A stretch of 62,731 nucleotides of DNA, counting the filler, from Candidatus Woesearchaeota archaeon (GTDB lineage Archaea; Nanobdellota; Nanobdellia; Woesearchaeales; JACPBO01), in assembly GCA_016180285.1 (NCBI GenBank). It is 4 parts of 3 records of this genome, joined end to end, with 100 filler letters (N's around TTAATTAATTAA, not from the genome) between each part and the next. Parts side by side here need not be neighbours in the genome. Positions count along the whole stretch, not along the records: positions 1 to 15,569 come from JACPBO010000002.1; 3 more parts are not named here. One strand, 5' to 3'. Numbering within the stretch: position 1 is the first letter of the stretch; every line of letters starts with the position of its first letter. This document shows, piece after piece, positions 1 to 9,656 of this stretch. Under the pieces are notes generated by a model, which saw nothing but the letters and a program-made list of their open reading frames with translations, ran no database searches and had not been told where the DNA came from. Made by a program: the position numbers and the translations under genes.

Positions 1-654
1 GGCAGCTTTAAAAAAGCAATTTCAACGATAAGGGAATTAAGGAAAATAAAAAACAAGAATTTCAATCTTGGCGTTGAGACAACAATTTCAAAGCTCAATC
101 TTGGCAAATTAATGGAATCCTATCTTTATCTTAAAAAGCTTGTTCCTTATGTGGGCCACACAATTGCCCTTCCCTCAGCAGGCTATTTCGGGAATTTAAA
201 TTCAAATGTTTTCGTAACTAAAGATGATTACCCAAAAATTATAAAATTTCTGAAAGCAATAATAAAATACGGGCCAGAGCATGCCTTCTATTACAATCTG
301 CTGATTGATATAATGAACGGCAAGAGCAGAAAAATGCTCTGCCTTGCCGGTTTTAAAAGCGTTTTTATGGATCAAAACGGGAACTTGTATCCCTGCGCAA
401 TATTATCGGGAAATAAAAAATATTTCATAGGAACTGCCCTTGATAAAGATATTTTAAAGAAATGGTTTGAAAACAATGAATTGAGAAAAGGCCTTAAAAA
501 AGAGATGATCTGCAGAAGATGCTCGTTTTCATGCGATCTGATAAACAACATTAAAGAGGAGTTTCTGCAGTTTTCCATGTTTTTGCTGAAAAACCCAAAA
601 GTGGCATTTGGCTTGGCAGGAAAACTGAATAAGTTCAAGGGAAGTTATTTTTAA
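1..654 (+). CDS. Radical SAM/SPASM domain protein, 5'-partial
   Basis: Frame open from the window edge. SPASM-like motifs CLAG...DQNGNLYPC and CRRCSFSC. Confidence 0.75.
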   Translation, partial: GSFKKAISTIRELRKIKNKNFNLGVETTISKLNLGKLMESYLYLKKLVPYVGHTIALPSAGYFGNLNSNVFVTKDDYPKIIKFLKAIIKYGPEHAFYYNLLIDIMNGKSRKMLCLAGFKSVFMDQNGNLYPCAILSGNKKYFIGTALDKDILKKWFENNELRKGLKKEMICRRCSFSCDLINNIKEEFLQFSMFLLKNPKVAFGLAGKLNKFKGSYF

Positions 655-709
655 GTTTATAAAATCATAGGCAGAATGCACACAAATTTATTTGTAGGAT
701 GGATGTTGT

Positions 710-740
710 CTTTCTTCTAGTGTTTCTGGAAGGGAAAGAA
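710..740. terminator. Hairpin between convergent genes
   Basis: CTTTTCTTCTAG-TGTTT-CTGGAAGGGAAAG imperfect inverted repeat between two stop codons. Confidence 0.35.
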
Positions 741-754
741 GTAGTGATTGCTAA

Positions 755-1156
755 TCACTTAAAGCATTTTTTCCCTATCAATTTAGAGTCTTTATCAAAA
801 ATGAATTGAACACCTGTAATTTGTTCTTCAACTATATCTCCAGCATCATTGGTTATAAGTTTTTGTATCATTAATTGGTCACAATATAGATTATTAACAT
901 TTTCGCCTGCTTTTTTACCTAAATGACAAGAAACACTGTTCTGAAAAAAAGGATTCCCTTGTTTCTCAACAGGCGCTATCGTATACCCTTCTCCTGCCGT
1001 AATACCTTTAGTATCTAAAGTAATCATATCATTGCTTTTTACCGGAAAGAATTTTTCAGGTGTATTTACTGTTGGGCACGTTACAGGAGTTGCTTTTTCA
1101 CAACCAACTAAAACTAAAATGGATATGATGAATAAAGGAAAAATTATCTTTCTCAT
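755..1156 (-). CDS. Putative lipoprotein
   Basis: Signal peptide with lipobox LVGC. Confidence 0.6.
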   Translation of the reverse strand: MRKIIFPLFIISILVLVGCEKATPVTCPTVNTPEKFFPVKSNDMITLDTKGITAGEGYTIAPVEKQGNPFFQNSVSCHLGKKAGENVNNLYCDQLMIQKLITNDAGDIVEEQITGVQFIFDKDSKLIGKKCFK

Positions 1157-1491
1157 TTTTTATCGCCTTTTCTTATCACTGCCATAAGACCAGCGATTAT
1201 TAACAGTATAAATGAGAGTGCATATGCAAAACTTACAGAAATCACTCCACCAATTGCGCTAATAATCATCATCCAACCACCCAATTTAGTTTTGCTTTTT
1301 ACTAATGCCGCACCAACAATTCCTATTATCGAAAAGAGTATAGCTAGCCAGCCAAGTCCAATAACAGTTGAAGCTCCTTTTCCACCTAACGCATAGCCAA
1401 TTCCACCGAACATTAATGCAATTAAAGCTCCAAAGAAACCAAATATTCCTCCAATAAGACCAAGTACAAATTCAACTGTTCGTTTTCCCAT
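1153..1491 (-). CDS. Small membrane protein (DUF4064-like)
   Basis: MGKRTVEFVLGLIGGIFG start and about 4 hydrophobic helices. Confidence 0.65.
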   Translation of the reverse strand: MGKRTVEFVLGLIGGIFGFFGALIALMFGGIGYALGGKGASTVIGLGWLAILFSIIGIVGAALVKSKTKLGGWMMIISAIGGVISVSFAYALSFILLIIAGLMAVIRKGDKK

Positions 1492-1619
1492 TTTTTACCC
1501 CTCCAAAACATAACATCCTTTTTATAACTACGTCCATATATAAAGTTTTCTATTTTGTTTGATATTTGCTAATAGATTGTTGAATTTGTTTTTTATAGGA
1601 TATTTGTTTATAAATCGCT

Positions 1620-1895
1620 ATGACTTTGTTTAATTTAGTTTCTTTTGTGAAAAGAGGAAAGAACAGAAAAAAGATTTTTTATGTATTAGATAAACCTATG
1701 ATGCCCTCAGAATTAATGATGAAGATTTATAACAAAAACAGCAACACCTATTTTAACCTTGTATCGAGAGCTTTATCTGAGTTAAAAGATAAAAATCTCG
1801 TTGAAGTTGTAAATCCTACAGATAAAATGGGGAGGATATATCAAAAAACTAAATTAGGCAACAATGTGGCAAAGAAGCTTAAAGAACTCGAATAA
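1620..1895 (+). CDS. Winged-helix transcriptional regulator
   Basis: PSEL...VSRALSELKDKNLV...GRIYQKTKLG wHTH pattern. Divergent from the upstream gene pair. Confidence 0.75.
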   Translation: MTLFNLVSFVKRGKNRKKIFYVLDKPMMPSELMMKIYNKNSNTYFNLVSRALSELKDKNLVEVVNPTDKMGRIYQKTKLGNNVAKKLKELE

Positions 1896-1953
1896 GAAAC
1901 TATCCCCTATTTTTGGAATATGTTGTTTAAAAATAAAAAAAAGAAATAAAAAA

Positions 1954-2756
1954 TTAATCCACAACGTCCTTTAACCCGCCTTCTTCAACAAAGAAGTTGC
2001 ATTCTGCTTCTGGCAGATTCGGGCTGTCAACAAGCTTTGCCACTCTGCTTCCTTTCTTGCCTTTTCTGAGGTAAACTCTGAAAGTCGAGGCATGGGCAAC
2101 AATATGCCCGCCGATTGCCTGTGTTGGATCGCCGAAGAACATATCCGGCTTTGCCATCACCTGGTTTGTTACATAGACGCAGATATTGTTTGTATCTGCA
2201 ATCCTCATCAGGGTATGCATGTGCTTGTTCAGCTTCTGCTGCCTGTCCGCCAGTGTTCCCCTTCCTACGAATTCTGCCCTGAAATGGGCTGTAAGGGAAT
2301 CAATAACAACAAGCTTTACTTTCAGGCCCTGCTTTTTTATCAGATCTTCAGTTTTTTCAGCAAGAAGCATCTGGTGATCGGAGTTGCAAGCCCGCGCAAC
2401 TTTTATGTTGTTAAGCACCTGCTCTGGCTCCAATCCCGCGCCTCTTGCAAGCTGAATTATACGTTCAGGCCTGAATGTATTTTCAGTGTCAATAGTTTTT
2501 TTACACCCTGCCTTTTCTGCAGCAATTCAGCCCCGGTCTCAAATCCCATGTCCAAAGATGAGCGGGCTGCCTGTATCATCTTCCTTGCTGTTGCTTCTGT
2601 AACACCAGCAATTTCAACTAACTCTGCCGGCGATGCAACCGCCACTGACATGAGGTCATTATAGCCGCATGCCTGCAGCTTTTCTGCTGTTGCTGCCCCT
2701 ACTCCTGGCAGGTCCATTAACGCAATCTCTTTTTTTTCCTTTTTCATTATGATCAC
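1954..2756 (-). pseudogene. radA: RadA recombinase with internal deletion and frameshift (real lesion or assembly error)
   Basis: HhH N-terminal domain (DLPGVGAATAEKL) joins out of frame to [11 protein letters not shown] near 2493. C-terminal half intact ([26 protein letters not shown]). Walker A segment absent. Confidence 0.85.
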
Positions 2757-2758
2757 CT

Positions 2759-3073
2759 TTACATTATGTCTTCCAGCTCTACTTCGCTGTAATCCTCAGC
2801 TTCAGAATCGCCTTGTTCTTTCAGAACAAGGTATTCGTATGCTTTCTGCGAAACCAGCGCTAACTTTGGCAAATCGCCAACTCTGAAAGAAGACGTGTTC
2901 TTCCATGCATTGGTTTTTTTGTCCTTATAGCTTCGCTCTACCTGCACTGTGCGGTACTGGACACTTTCGCCAGTCTTGCCTTTGCCGGTATTTTGCCATA
3001 TTGTGGCAGAAATAGCTCCTGCTCTTATCTTTTTTTCCGGCTTATTGCCAGAACTTTCTGTACTTGTTTTCAT
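2759..3073 (-). CDS. Small conserved protein upstream of radA, possibly ssDNA-binding
   Basis: ATG at 3073 with GGTGA SD. Beta-rich pattern AGAISATIWQN...RSYKD...W..TSSF and an acidic tail. Confidence 0.6.
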   Translation of the reverse strand: MKTSTESSGNKPEKKIRAGAISATIWQNTGKGKTGESVQYRTVQVERSYKDKKTNAWKNTSSFRVGDLPKLALVSQKAYEYLVLKEQGDSEAEDYSEVELEDIM

Positions 3074-3362
3074 TTTTTCACCCTTTTGCTTTTCGCATTT
3101 TATTTCAAACTTCCCTTGATTATGAAGCCAGTTACAGCTTCCAGGAAGCGGGTGTTGCTTTCTCAGCAACAATATAAGAAAAGAACGCTTATTTAAATAC
3201 CTTTTGACCGCAGGTGTCCACTGTGTCCAGTGGCTAATAGTTGTATGACTGCTATTAAGTCCTAGCGAATGCTTTAAGTGGCAAGGTTTCGTAAGAAGCT
3301 AAAGGGTCAATTTCAGGTACTAAATCGGTAATTTAATAAGCATTAGATAATTACTTCATACT

Positions 3363-4502
3363 GTGACAACTAATCGTGAAATATTTTCAAGAAAATTTGC
3401 CAATCTAAACAGAAATCGTGGGTTATTCTTATTTATGTTTGCAATTTTTTCTTCAGCTATCGGATTGATTTCAGATTTTCCTACTGCACTATATGGGTTA
3501 TTTTCAGGTTTAATATTATTGATCATATCTTTAGTTTATTTCCGCAAATATTTGACATGGAATTTAGGCGCGAAAGGGGAAGAAACCGTTATAGATGAAT
3601 TAAAAAAGCTAGGTAAAAATTTCCACATAGTTCATGATGTTAGATTACCAAATATAAAAGGTAACATAGACCACATAGTTATAGGTGAAAACGGCATTTT
3701 TGTGATTGAAACAAAACATCATAGAGGAGACATAAAATATGAAAATGGTATGTGGACTCAGGAAAAGATAAGTCTGAAAGGTAAATCGTATTTAGGAGAT
3801 TTTACTGATCCAATAAAACAAGCTAATAGAAATGCCGTTAAACTGAGGCAATTCATTTCTGAACAAGAAATATTCTCTGAAAAATTTAGGCCTTGGATTA
3901 ATACAATTATAGTTTTTACGAATTCAGAGGTAAATTTGCAAATCGAGAAAGCACCAACAGATATAATTAGAGTAGGAGATTTATGTAGAACTATTCAAAA
4001 TAAGAAAACTAAAATTAAACTTAGTAAAAATGAGGTTGATGAACTTTTTGATATTTTACAAAAAATTGTGATATCTGAAAGAAAAACATCATCATTCGAG
4101 GGTGTTGGAGAGAGTTACTGGCTTAAAAATTATTTAAGTTATGCAAGGTTTGGATTCATCTGGGGCATATTTTACGCAATTATTGTTACATTAGTCGCTC
4201 AACAATTCAACTTCATAGATTACTGGATGTTTGGTATTTTATTTAATGGTATCATTCTTTTTATTCTAGGTAAATCATTGATTGATCTATTTATGATAAA
4301 AGTAAAAAATGATATCTTAAGATTATCTTTAGTCCATTTTATTAGTTATCTGCCCATATTTTTATTCACTGGCTTTTTCTTTACAACTGTTCCTATTAGT
4401 GAATATCCTATAGAAAATATTGCCGAATTGGCAATAAGACTCGGGATAGTTGTCTTGACCGTAGTAATTTATAAGATGCTTGGGTGGAAAATGCCCAGTT
4501 AG
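3363..4502 (+). CDS. NERD (nuclease-related) domain membrane protein
   Basis: GAKGEETV, NIDHIVIGENGIFVIETKH and DPIKQA motifs. TM helices at both ends. Confidence 0.85.
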   Translation: MTTNREIFSRKFANLNRNRGLFLFMFAIFSSAIGLISDFPTALYGLFSGLILLIISLVYFRKYLTWNLGAKGEETVIDELKKLGKNFHIVHDVRLPNIKGNIDHIVIGENGIFVIETKHHRGDIKYENGMWTQEKISLKGKSYLGDFTDPIKQANRNAVKLRQFISEQEIFSEKFRPWINTIIVFTNSEVNLQIEKAPTDIIRVGDLCRTIQNKKTKIKLSKNEVDELFDILQKIVISERKTSSFEGVGESYWLKNYLSYARFGFIWGIFYAIIVTLVAQQFNFIDYWMFGILFNGIILFILGKSLIDLFMIKVKNDILRLSLVHFISYLPIFLFTGFFFTTVPISEYPIENIAELAIRLGIVVLTVVIYKMLGWKMPS

Positions 4503-4520
4503 ACATTCCGAACTGATTGC

Positions 4521-4662
4521 GCATAATGGCGTTAGTTCTCCTTACCTCGAAAGTCCCTTCCAACAACTGAAAGGAGTTGAGAGCTGGGACTTTTAGGAAT
4601 GCAAGGTTCGAGCCGAAGGCGAGAAAGTCGCCGAGTTAGAATTGAGAAAGATTGTGTTATGA
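4521..4662 (+). other. attC-like imperfect palindrome
   Basis: GCATAAT...GTTATGA ends, inner TTCTC/GAGAA pairing, internal hairpins AAGTCCC/GGGACTT and GCC-GAA-GGC. Lies just after the NERD stop. Confidence 0.4.
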
Positions 4663-4768
4663 TCCTCTAATTTTGCCGTTTCAGGGTGCGTAATGCTGGT
4701 TTGCCTCTCACTAACGTTCGAGGGAATATAACCTCAATTATGTGTAATCAATGCTCGACATGACAAAC

Positions 4769-5449
4769 TTATTCTTCTTTGATTTCTAACTTAAATCTAT
4801 CCTGTGATAAAAACCACAGGAATTCAAAATATAATGCAAGGAAATAGATTACAAAAACAACACCCGAACCAGCGTTAAAAGCCGCTTTTAGCCCATAATC
4901 CCACATCATATTCAAATTAACAGCACCAATAGTGGAAATGTATAATAAGAAGTATCTTAACAGAGAGTCTTTCAAAAATAGCTTAACTTCTGCTTTCTTT
5001 AGCTCAACATTATTAATGGACACACACTCATCAATTTTGCAAGGATAGATTGGAGGCAAGAATCTTGATAATACCTTTGTGATAACGGTTGAATTTCGCA
5101 ATACTTTCAAAACATCAAAATGATCTCTCATGATGTATTTTGGTTCGTTAAAAAGACTAATAACAACTTCATCACCATTAACTTTTTCAAGTATTATGAT
5201 TGGTCTGTTGTCTCTTAAACCAAAGAAACCAATTTCAATATCTGTTCCTACGACATCTACTCTAAAACTATTGATAACGTATGCTTTCTCTGATTCATCG
5301 CCGATGTCAGCAATCTTTAGTTTATTGAGAAAATTATTAAAAGCACCTTTAGCAAATATATTAGATTTAAAATTTACGATAATTTTTGACTTAACAGAAT
5401 ATTTTAGTAAATCATACTTCTGAATATTTTTGTAGGAGATTTCCGTCAT
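4769..5449 (-). CDS. Hypothetical protein with C-terminal TM helices
   Basis: 226-aa ORF with two hydrophobic C-terminal segments. Confidence 0.6.
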   Translation of the reverse strand: MTEISYKNIQKYDLLKYSVKSKIIVNFKSNIFAKGAFNNFLNKLKIADIGDESEKAYVINSFRVDVVGTDIEIGFFGLRDNRPIIILEKVNGDEVVISLFNEPKYIMRDHFDVLKVLRNSTVITKVLSRFLPPIYPCKIDECVSINNVELKKAEVKLFLKDSLLRYFLLYISTIGAVNLNMMWDYGLKAAFNAGSGVVFVIYFLALYFEFLWFLSQDRFKLEIKEE

Positions 5450-5625
5450 TTTTTCACAAAGAGGGATTCAACAATCTTATCTCTCTCCTCCTCTTTTAGT
5501 TGTGGATTAAGACTATTTTTTAGAATTTTTTTTGCTTCATCAACTGTAATCAGATCGTTTTCTAGTAAAGCGTTAATTATTTCGAACTGCATCTTCAGTG
5601 GATCAAAATTATCAATATACACCAT
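5446..5625 (-). CDS. Small hypothetical protein (59 aa, not in the ORF track)
   Basis: MVYIDNFDPLKMQFEII...ESLFVKK*. Its stop overlaps the next ATG (ATGA). Confidence 0.6.
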   Translation of the reverse strand: MVYIDNFDPLKMQFEIINALLENDLITVDEAKKILKNSLNPQLKEEERDKIVESLFVKK

Positions 5626-5646
5626 AATTGCTCTGAATAATACCCT

Positions 5647-5994
5647 TTATTTTGGTTTTATAGTATCAACCTTCTTATATCCTTTCTTAATCAAATAATC
5701 ACCATAATCTTTTCTCGCTGTGTAAGCACATATGCCAAACAATAACCATTGGAGATAAAATAATGGTGAACCAAGCGAGAATATAACCCAAGCCGAAATC
5801 AAAACTGCAAAGAAATATACCCACATTCCCTTTGATAAATACCATAAATACCCAAAAAAGAGACAAGGCCAACAGAATCCTTTTTTTATTTGTTTGACCT
5901 TTCCAGTATATTTGTTCTTGTATACTGCAATCTCTTTGGGTGTAAAAGGATTAAAGTGGTCCCATCCATGCCATTCCCATTTGTATCTTTCCAA
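5647..5994 (-). CDS. DUF2628-like membrane protein
   Basis: IKKGFCWPCLFFGYLWYLSKGMW...YLIKKGY pattern. Confidence 0.6.
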   Translation of the reverse strand: MERYKWEWHGWDHFNPFTPKEIAVYKNKYTGKVKQIKKGFCWPCLFFGYLWYLSKGMWVYFFAVLISAWVIFSLGSPLFYLQWLLFGICAYTARKDYGDYLIKKGYKKVDTIKPK

Positions 5995-6013
5995 ATTAGT
6001 GCCTCTTATAAAA

Positions 6014-7024
6014 CTATTTCACTTCTATCTCTTTCTTCAGCCTTTCGATCTCTTCAGAAGGATCAGCATTCGGGAATACAAGCTGCGAGATCAATTCAAG
6101 CCTTTCAAACATTGTATTCTTGACAACCCTCCCGACAACCTTGATCTGCTTTCCCTTCAGCTCTGTTTTTACTGCTTCAAACTCAGGGATGTTTTCCCTG
6201 TATTTCGCGATCTCTTCCTCATTTTTGCTTAAAAGATTGTTTGCCTGCTTTTTGAAAAACACAACCCTCATGTTGTCCGATCCGTCATCTAAGACTGTAT
6301 TCAGAACATAGGAGTAAGAAGGCTCAACAATGCCATGCTCCTCGCATACAAAATTATTGGACAGCATCCTTGCCCTTTTCTCGCATTTCGGGCAGACTTC
6401 AAAGAACTTCGGGTCAGAAACATCAACTATTGTGCCGAACAGCTCAACATTCGGCTCGCTTTCTTTTAATTCATTTATCTTTTTTCTTTTCGCCTGTATC
6501 TTGGCTTCAGTTTCCTTTATTTCGCCTATTGCTTCGCCAGGCGGGCTTATGATAAGCCTGCTCTTGTCATTGATGTGCACTTCCAGCCTGCCAAAATTCT
6601 CCCTTACATAGCCGCCCACAATCTTAATTACATCACCCTGCTTTATCTTTTCAAGGTTATTCGCCTGGTCATTCCAGAGCACAATCCTTACGCTGCCTGT
6701 TTCATCCCCAATTACAAGCGAAGCAACCTTTCCGCTTCTTTCTCTGGATACGAATTCCCTCAATTCATACACATTTGTAATTTTTCCCACTGTTTCAACA
6801 TTCCTCATGCCTGCAAGAATATTCTTTATTTTCAATTTTCCGGAAACCTGCTCAAATATCTTGACGCCAAGGTCATTCGCCACAATGTGGGCTGCCCCTT
6901 CTCTCGATATAAGGCCAGAAAGATGCTTTAATTTTTCCTTGATCTTGTCTTCAATCTCGTTATCGCTTAAATTTGTCTTTTCCTTTATCTTCTCGATTAT
7001 AGTCTCTACTGGTATTTTAATCAA
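6014..7024 (-). CDS. rpa: Replication protein A (OB folds, Zn finger)
   Basis: GDETGSVRIVLWN OB fold, CPKC...CEEH Zn site, second OB fold LDDGSDNMRVVFF. Confidence 0.9.
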   Translation of the reverse strand: MIKIPVETIIEKIKEKTNLSDNEIEDKIKEKLKHLSGLISREGAAHIVANDLGVKIFEQVSGKLKIKNILAGMRNVETVGKITNVYELREFVSRERSGKVASLVIGDETGSVRIVLWNDQANNLEKIKQGDVIKIVGGYVRENFGRLEVHINDKSRLIISPPGEAIGEIKETEAKIQAKRKKINELKESEPNVELFGTIVDVSDPKFFEVCPKCEKRARMLSNNFVCEEHGIVEPSYSYVLNTVLDDGSDNMRVVFFKKQANNLLSKNEEEIAKYRENIPEFEAVKTELKGKQIKVVGRVVKNTMFERLELISQLVFPNADPSEEIERLKKEIEVK

Positions 7025-7085
7025 TTAAGCCACCAGGATTCAGGTTAATCGCATTATTTATAAAGTTTTGTATAATCTGAAATAA

Positions 7086-9656
7086 CTATGGAATTGTTAT
7101 TGTTTTTGAGTTTTTATCATTTAAATCTGTGATTTTATTCTGTGTTTCATCTTTCGCTATGGCTGCAAAATAATATGTTCCAGCAGCCAGATTTTCAAAT
7201 GAATAGCTCAACTCTTTTAAAAGTGCAATTGGCGCGTCAGAATTGCCTATTGCAGTTTTAGATGTTGTAAATTTATAAATATAATATCCTTCTAAGTCAT
7301 TGACAGGAACTGTTCCATCATAATTCTTGTCAACAGCCAGCCAGGATAAAGTTAGTTTTTTAGCTGAATCATCATATGCAGGCGCATTCATCGTTACCCT
7401 TCCAGGCGCCAGATCATCTATAACATTTCCCTTAACGACATTTAATTTTTGATTTTCAGAAACCCCGTCGATCTCATTGTCACTGAAATCAACTGCTGTA
7501 ATTGCAAGATTGTATGTTGCACCATCATCAAGACCGGACAAAATATAAATAAACTTTTCTTCCCATAAGTATAATTTTCTCTTTTCTAATGCTTTGTTAT
7601 ATTTGCCATAGACGCAGGGTTCGCCTTCTTTTGCATAATTGCAGTTTTCTAAATCAATATCGCTGATTTTTTCATATTTGGTTGCATCTATTGGAATTGA
7701 TTTTACATCATCATTGCTCTCATCCTTTAAAAGATGATTTTTAATTTCAGTCGGAATATTAAATTCTTTTTTAGTGTAATAAACATAATAATTTGCTATA
7801 TCATTCGCTTTATTTTCATCAATTTTGTCCCATATCAATATCAAAGAATTCTGGGCTTTTGGCTGATCCTGCGCTTTTAAATTTTCAATTGGAGGCGGCG
7901 GTGTTGTATCGCCGAAGTCAATGGCAAAATTATAAACGATGTTTTTCTCTTCAGTTTTGTCATTCAATTTGTCATAAACCAGAAATCTCTTCTCATTGTT
8001 TGTTACGCAGAAATTTGCCTGCCTTTCTGAAACAGAGCATGAGCTGCCAATCTTGTTTTCTGAAAAGCTTACTAATTTTGATTTTTTATACATTTTTAAC
8101 ATGTCCAAATCAAAGTCATATTTTTTATTCAAAAAAACAACCCCAAGGAATCCTAACTCTCCGCTATACGCTTCGCTCTTTAGCCTTATTGCGGCTTTCC
8201 CATCGCCATCATACTTTATTGTGAAATCAATGTATTTTTGCAAATCAAAAACTAATTGTTTATTTGAATCTTCTATTGCAATTGTTGGCCCGATTGCATC
8301 TATAGTTTCACTAAGCTTATTCAAGGTAGCTATAATTTTATTGCCGTCATTCGCCATTCTTATTTTAAACTCCTTGTTCTTAGGCCCGTCTTTCATTGTG
8401 AATTCGCAGCTGCATCCAGCCATCTCTGATGCAAGGCATCTTTGGTAATAGCTTAAAAACTCAGAGAAAACTCTCTCTTCATCTGTTCCGCAGTCCGCTG
8501 ACCAGCTCAATGTCTTCGAATTGAACTTTTTAATTTCATTATTCGCGCACGAGTTCAGGTCTTCTTTTGAGCATTTAGCAATCATCTCTTTTGCTTTCTC
8601 TTTTATCAGCGCATAATCACTCAGACTATAATCTATAGTCAAATCAAAAGAAGGCTTTACAGCATAGGTTATCTTGTTTTCCATTGCTTTGCACGTTGGC
8701 GAATCTTTATTGTAGGTTATTTCTCCATATTTTCCATTCTTCAATGAAGGATATGAAAAATAGTTCAGCGGATTTACATAGTTACCTATCTTCATGCTTT
8801 GGGTTGCTGCATCATCAATAACTGCCAGTTGTAAAACTCGGTTATCTGCCTGGCCTATCAGATCATGCGTCTTTATTTCATCGCCTTCTTTCACATTTAT
8901 TGTTTTAAGATTTCTATATTCGACCTTTATGCTCCATGATGCGCTATTTACAAGAACACTGTCAGCTGTAACCTTCTCAACTTTTCCGGTAAAAACAGCA
9001 AAAACATCTGAATCTTTTCTTGAAATTATTTCAACATGATCTACATTTTCCTTTCTTTCTGAATCATAGCCAAAGCATTCGCCAACATACGGCTTATCGT
9101 CATTTGTCGGCCATGCAAATCCTTTTGGCTTTCCAGTTGATTCAAGATAGGATCTTGATGTATAAATATTCTGCAATGCAATGCCAATGATTTTCAGTTT
9201 TTCATTTTTAAACGCAAACGCATAATTGTTTTCTGGGATAAATACGCCCTTATACTTTGACAAATAAGGGTTTAAATTTTCATTCAGGGATAAAGAAAGA
9301 TTTGACTTCAGCGATTCCTCATCCGGATAGCATGCTTTGTCCTTGGTTGTCCATAAGTTATAGATGCCATATTCCCCGCAATCAGGCTTATTGCTGTAGC
9401 CGCCATTGGCTGCAAGATCGTAAATTGATTGGTACGCTGAAAATTTTGCAGCCATATCAATATACATCAGCGCCTTCTCGCCTTTTTGGTATTCATTGAG
9501 CAATGCAAGCTGCCTTTCGCCTATTTCTTGTTTGTCAAGTTTGCTTACTTTTTCCAATATCGCAATAATTGACATCACCAAGATTGCTGTTGCTATGAAT
9601 ACAAGGAACATGTTGAAGAACATTATTGATTTTTTATTTAATCTTTTCATTAGCAT
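7086..9656 (-). CDS. Large pilin-like surface protein with degenerate M23-like domain and FN3-like repeats
   Basis: NKKS then hydrophobic helix. FAWP...FG...VFAVFTGKV...EYRNL..INVKEGD.I...IG...VNPLNY is M23-like. DTTPP and DDLAPG...LSW...YYFAAIAKD are FN3-like. Confidence 0.7.
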   Translation of the reverse strand: MLMKRLNKKSIMFFNMFLVFIATAILVMSIIAILEKVSKLDKQEIGERQLALLNEYQKGEKALMYIDMAAKFSAYQSIYDLAANGGYSNKPDCGEYGIYNLWTTKDKACYPDEESLKSNLSLSLNENLNPYLSKYKGVFIPENNYAFAFKNEKLKIIGIALQNIYTSRSYLESTGKPKGFAWPTNDDKPYVGECFGYDSERKENVDHVEIISRKDSDVFAVFTGKVEKVTADSVLVNSASWSIKVEYRNLKTINVKEGDEIKTHDLIGQADNRVLQLAVIDDAATQSMKIGNYVNPLNYFSYPSLKNGKYGEITYNKDSPTCKAMENKITYAVKPSFDLTIDYSLSDYALIKEKAKEMIAKCSKEDLNSCANNEIKKFNSKTLSWSADCGTDEERVFSEFLSYYQRCLASEMAGCSCEFTMKDGPKNKEFKIRMANDGNKIIATLNKLSETIDAIGPTIAIEDSNKQLVFDLQKYIDFTIKYDGDGKAAIRLKSEAYSGELGFLGVVFLNKKYDFDLDMLKMYKKSKLVSFSENKIGSSCSVSERQANFCVTNNEKRFLVYDKLNDKTEEKNIVYNFAIDFGDTTPPPPIENLKAQDQPKAQNSLILIWDKIDENKANDIANYYVYYTKKEFNIPTEIKNHLLKDESNDDVKSIPIDATKYEKISDIDLENCNYAKEGEPCVYGKYNKALEKRKLYLWEEKFIYILSGLDDGATYNLAITAVDFSDNEIDGVSENQKLNVVKGNVIDDLAPGRVTMNAPAYDDSAKKLTLSWLAVDKNYDGTVPVNDLEGYYIYKFTTSKTAIGNSDAPIALLKELSYSFENLAAGTYYFAAIAKDETQNKITDLNDKNSKTITIP

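Noticed and set aside
2457..2500. Programmed frameshift at the A-run in radA
   Set aside because: A frameshift alone could not restore function because the Walker A coding segment is physically missing.
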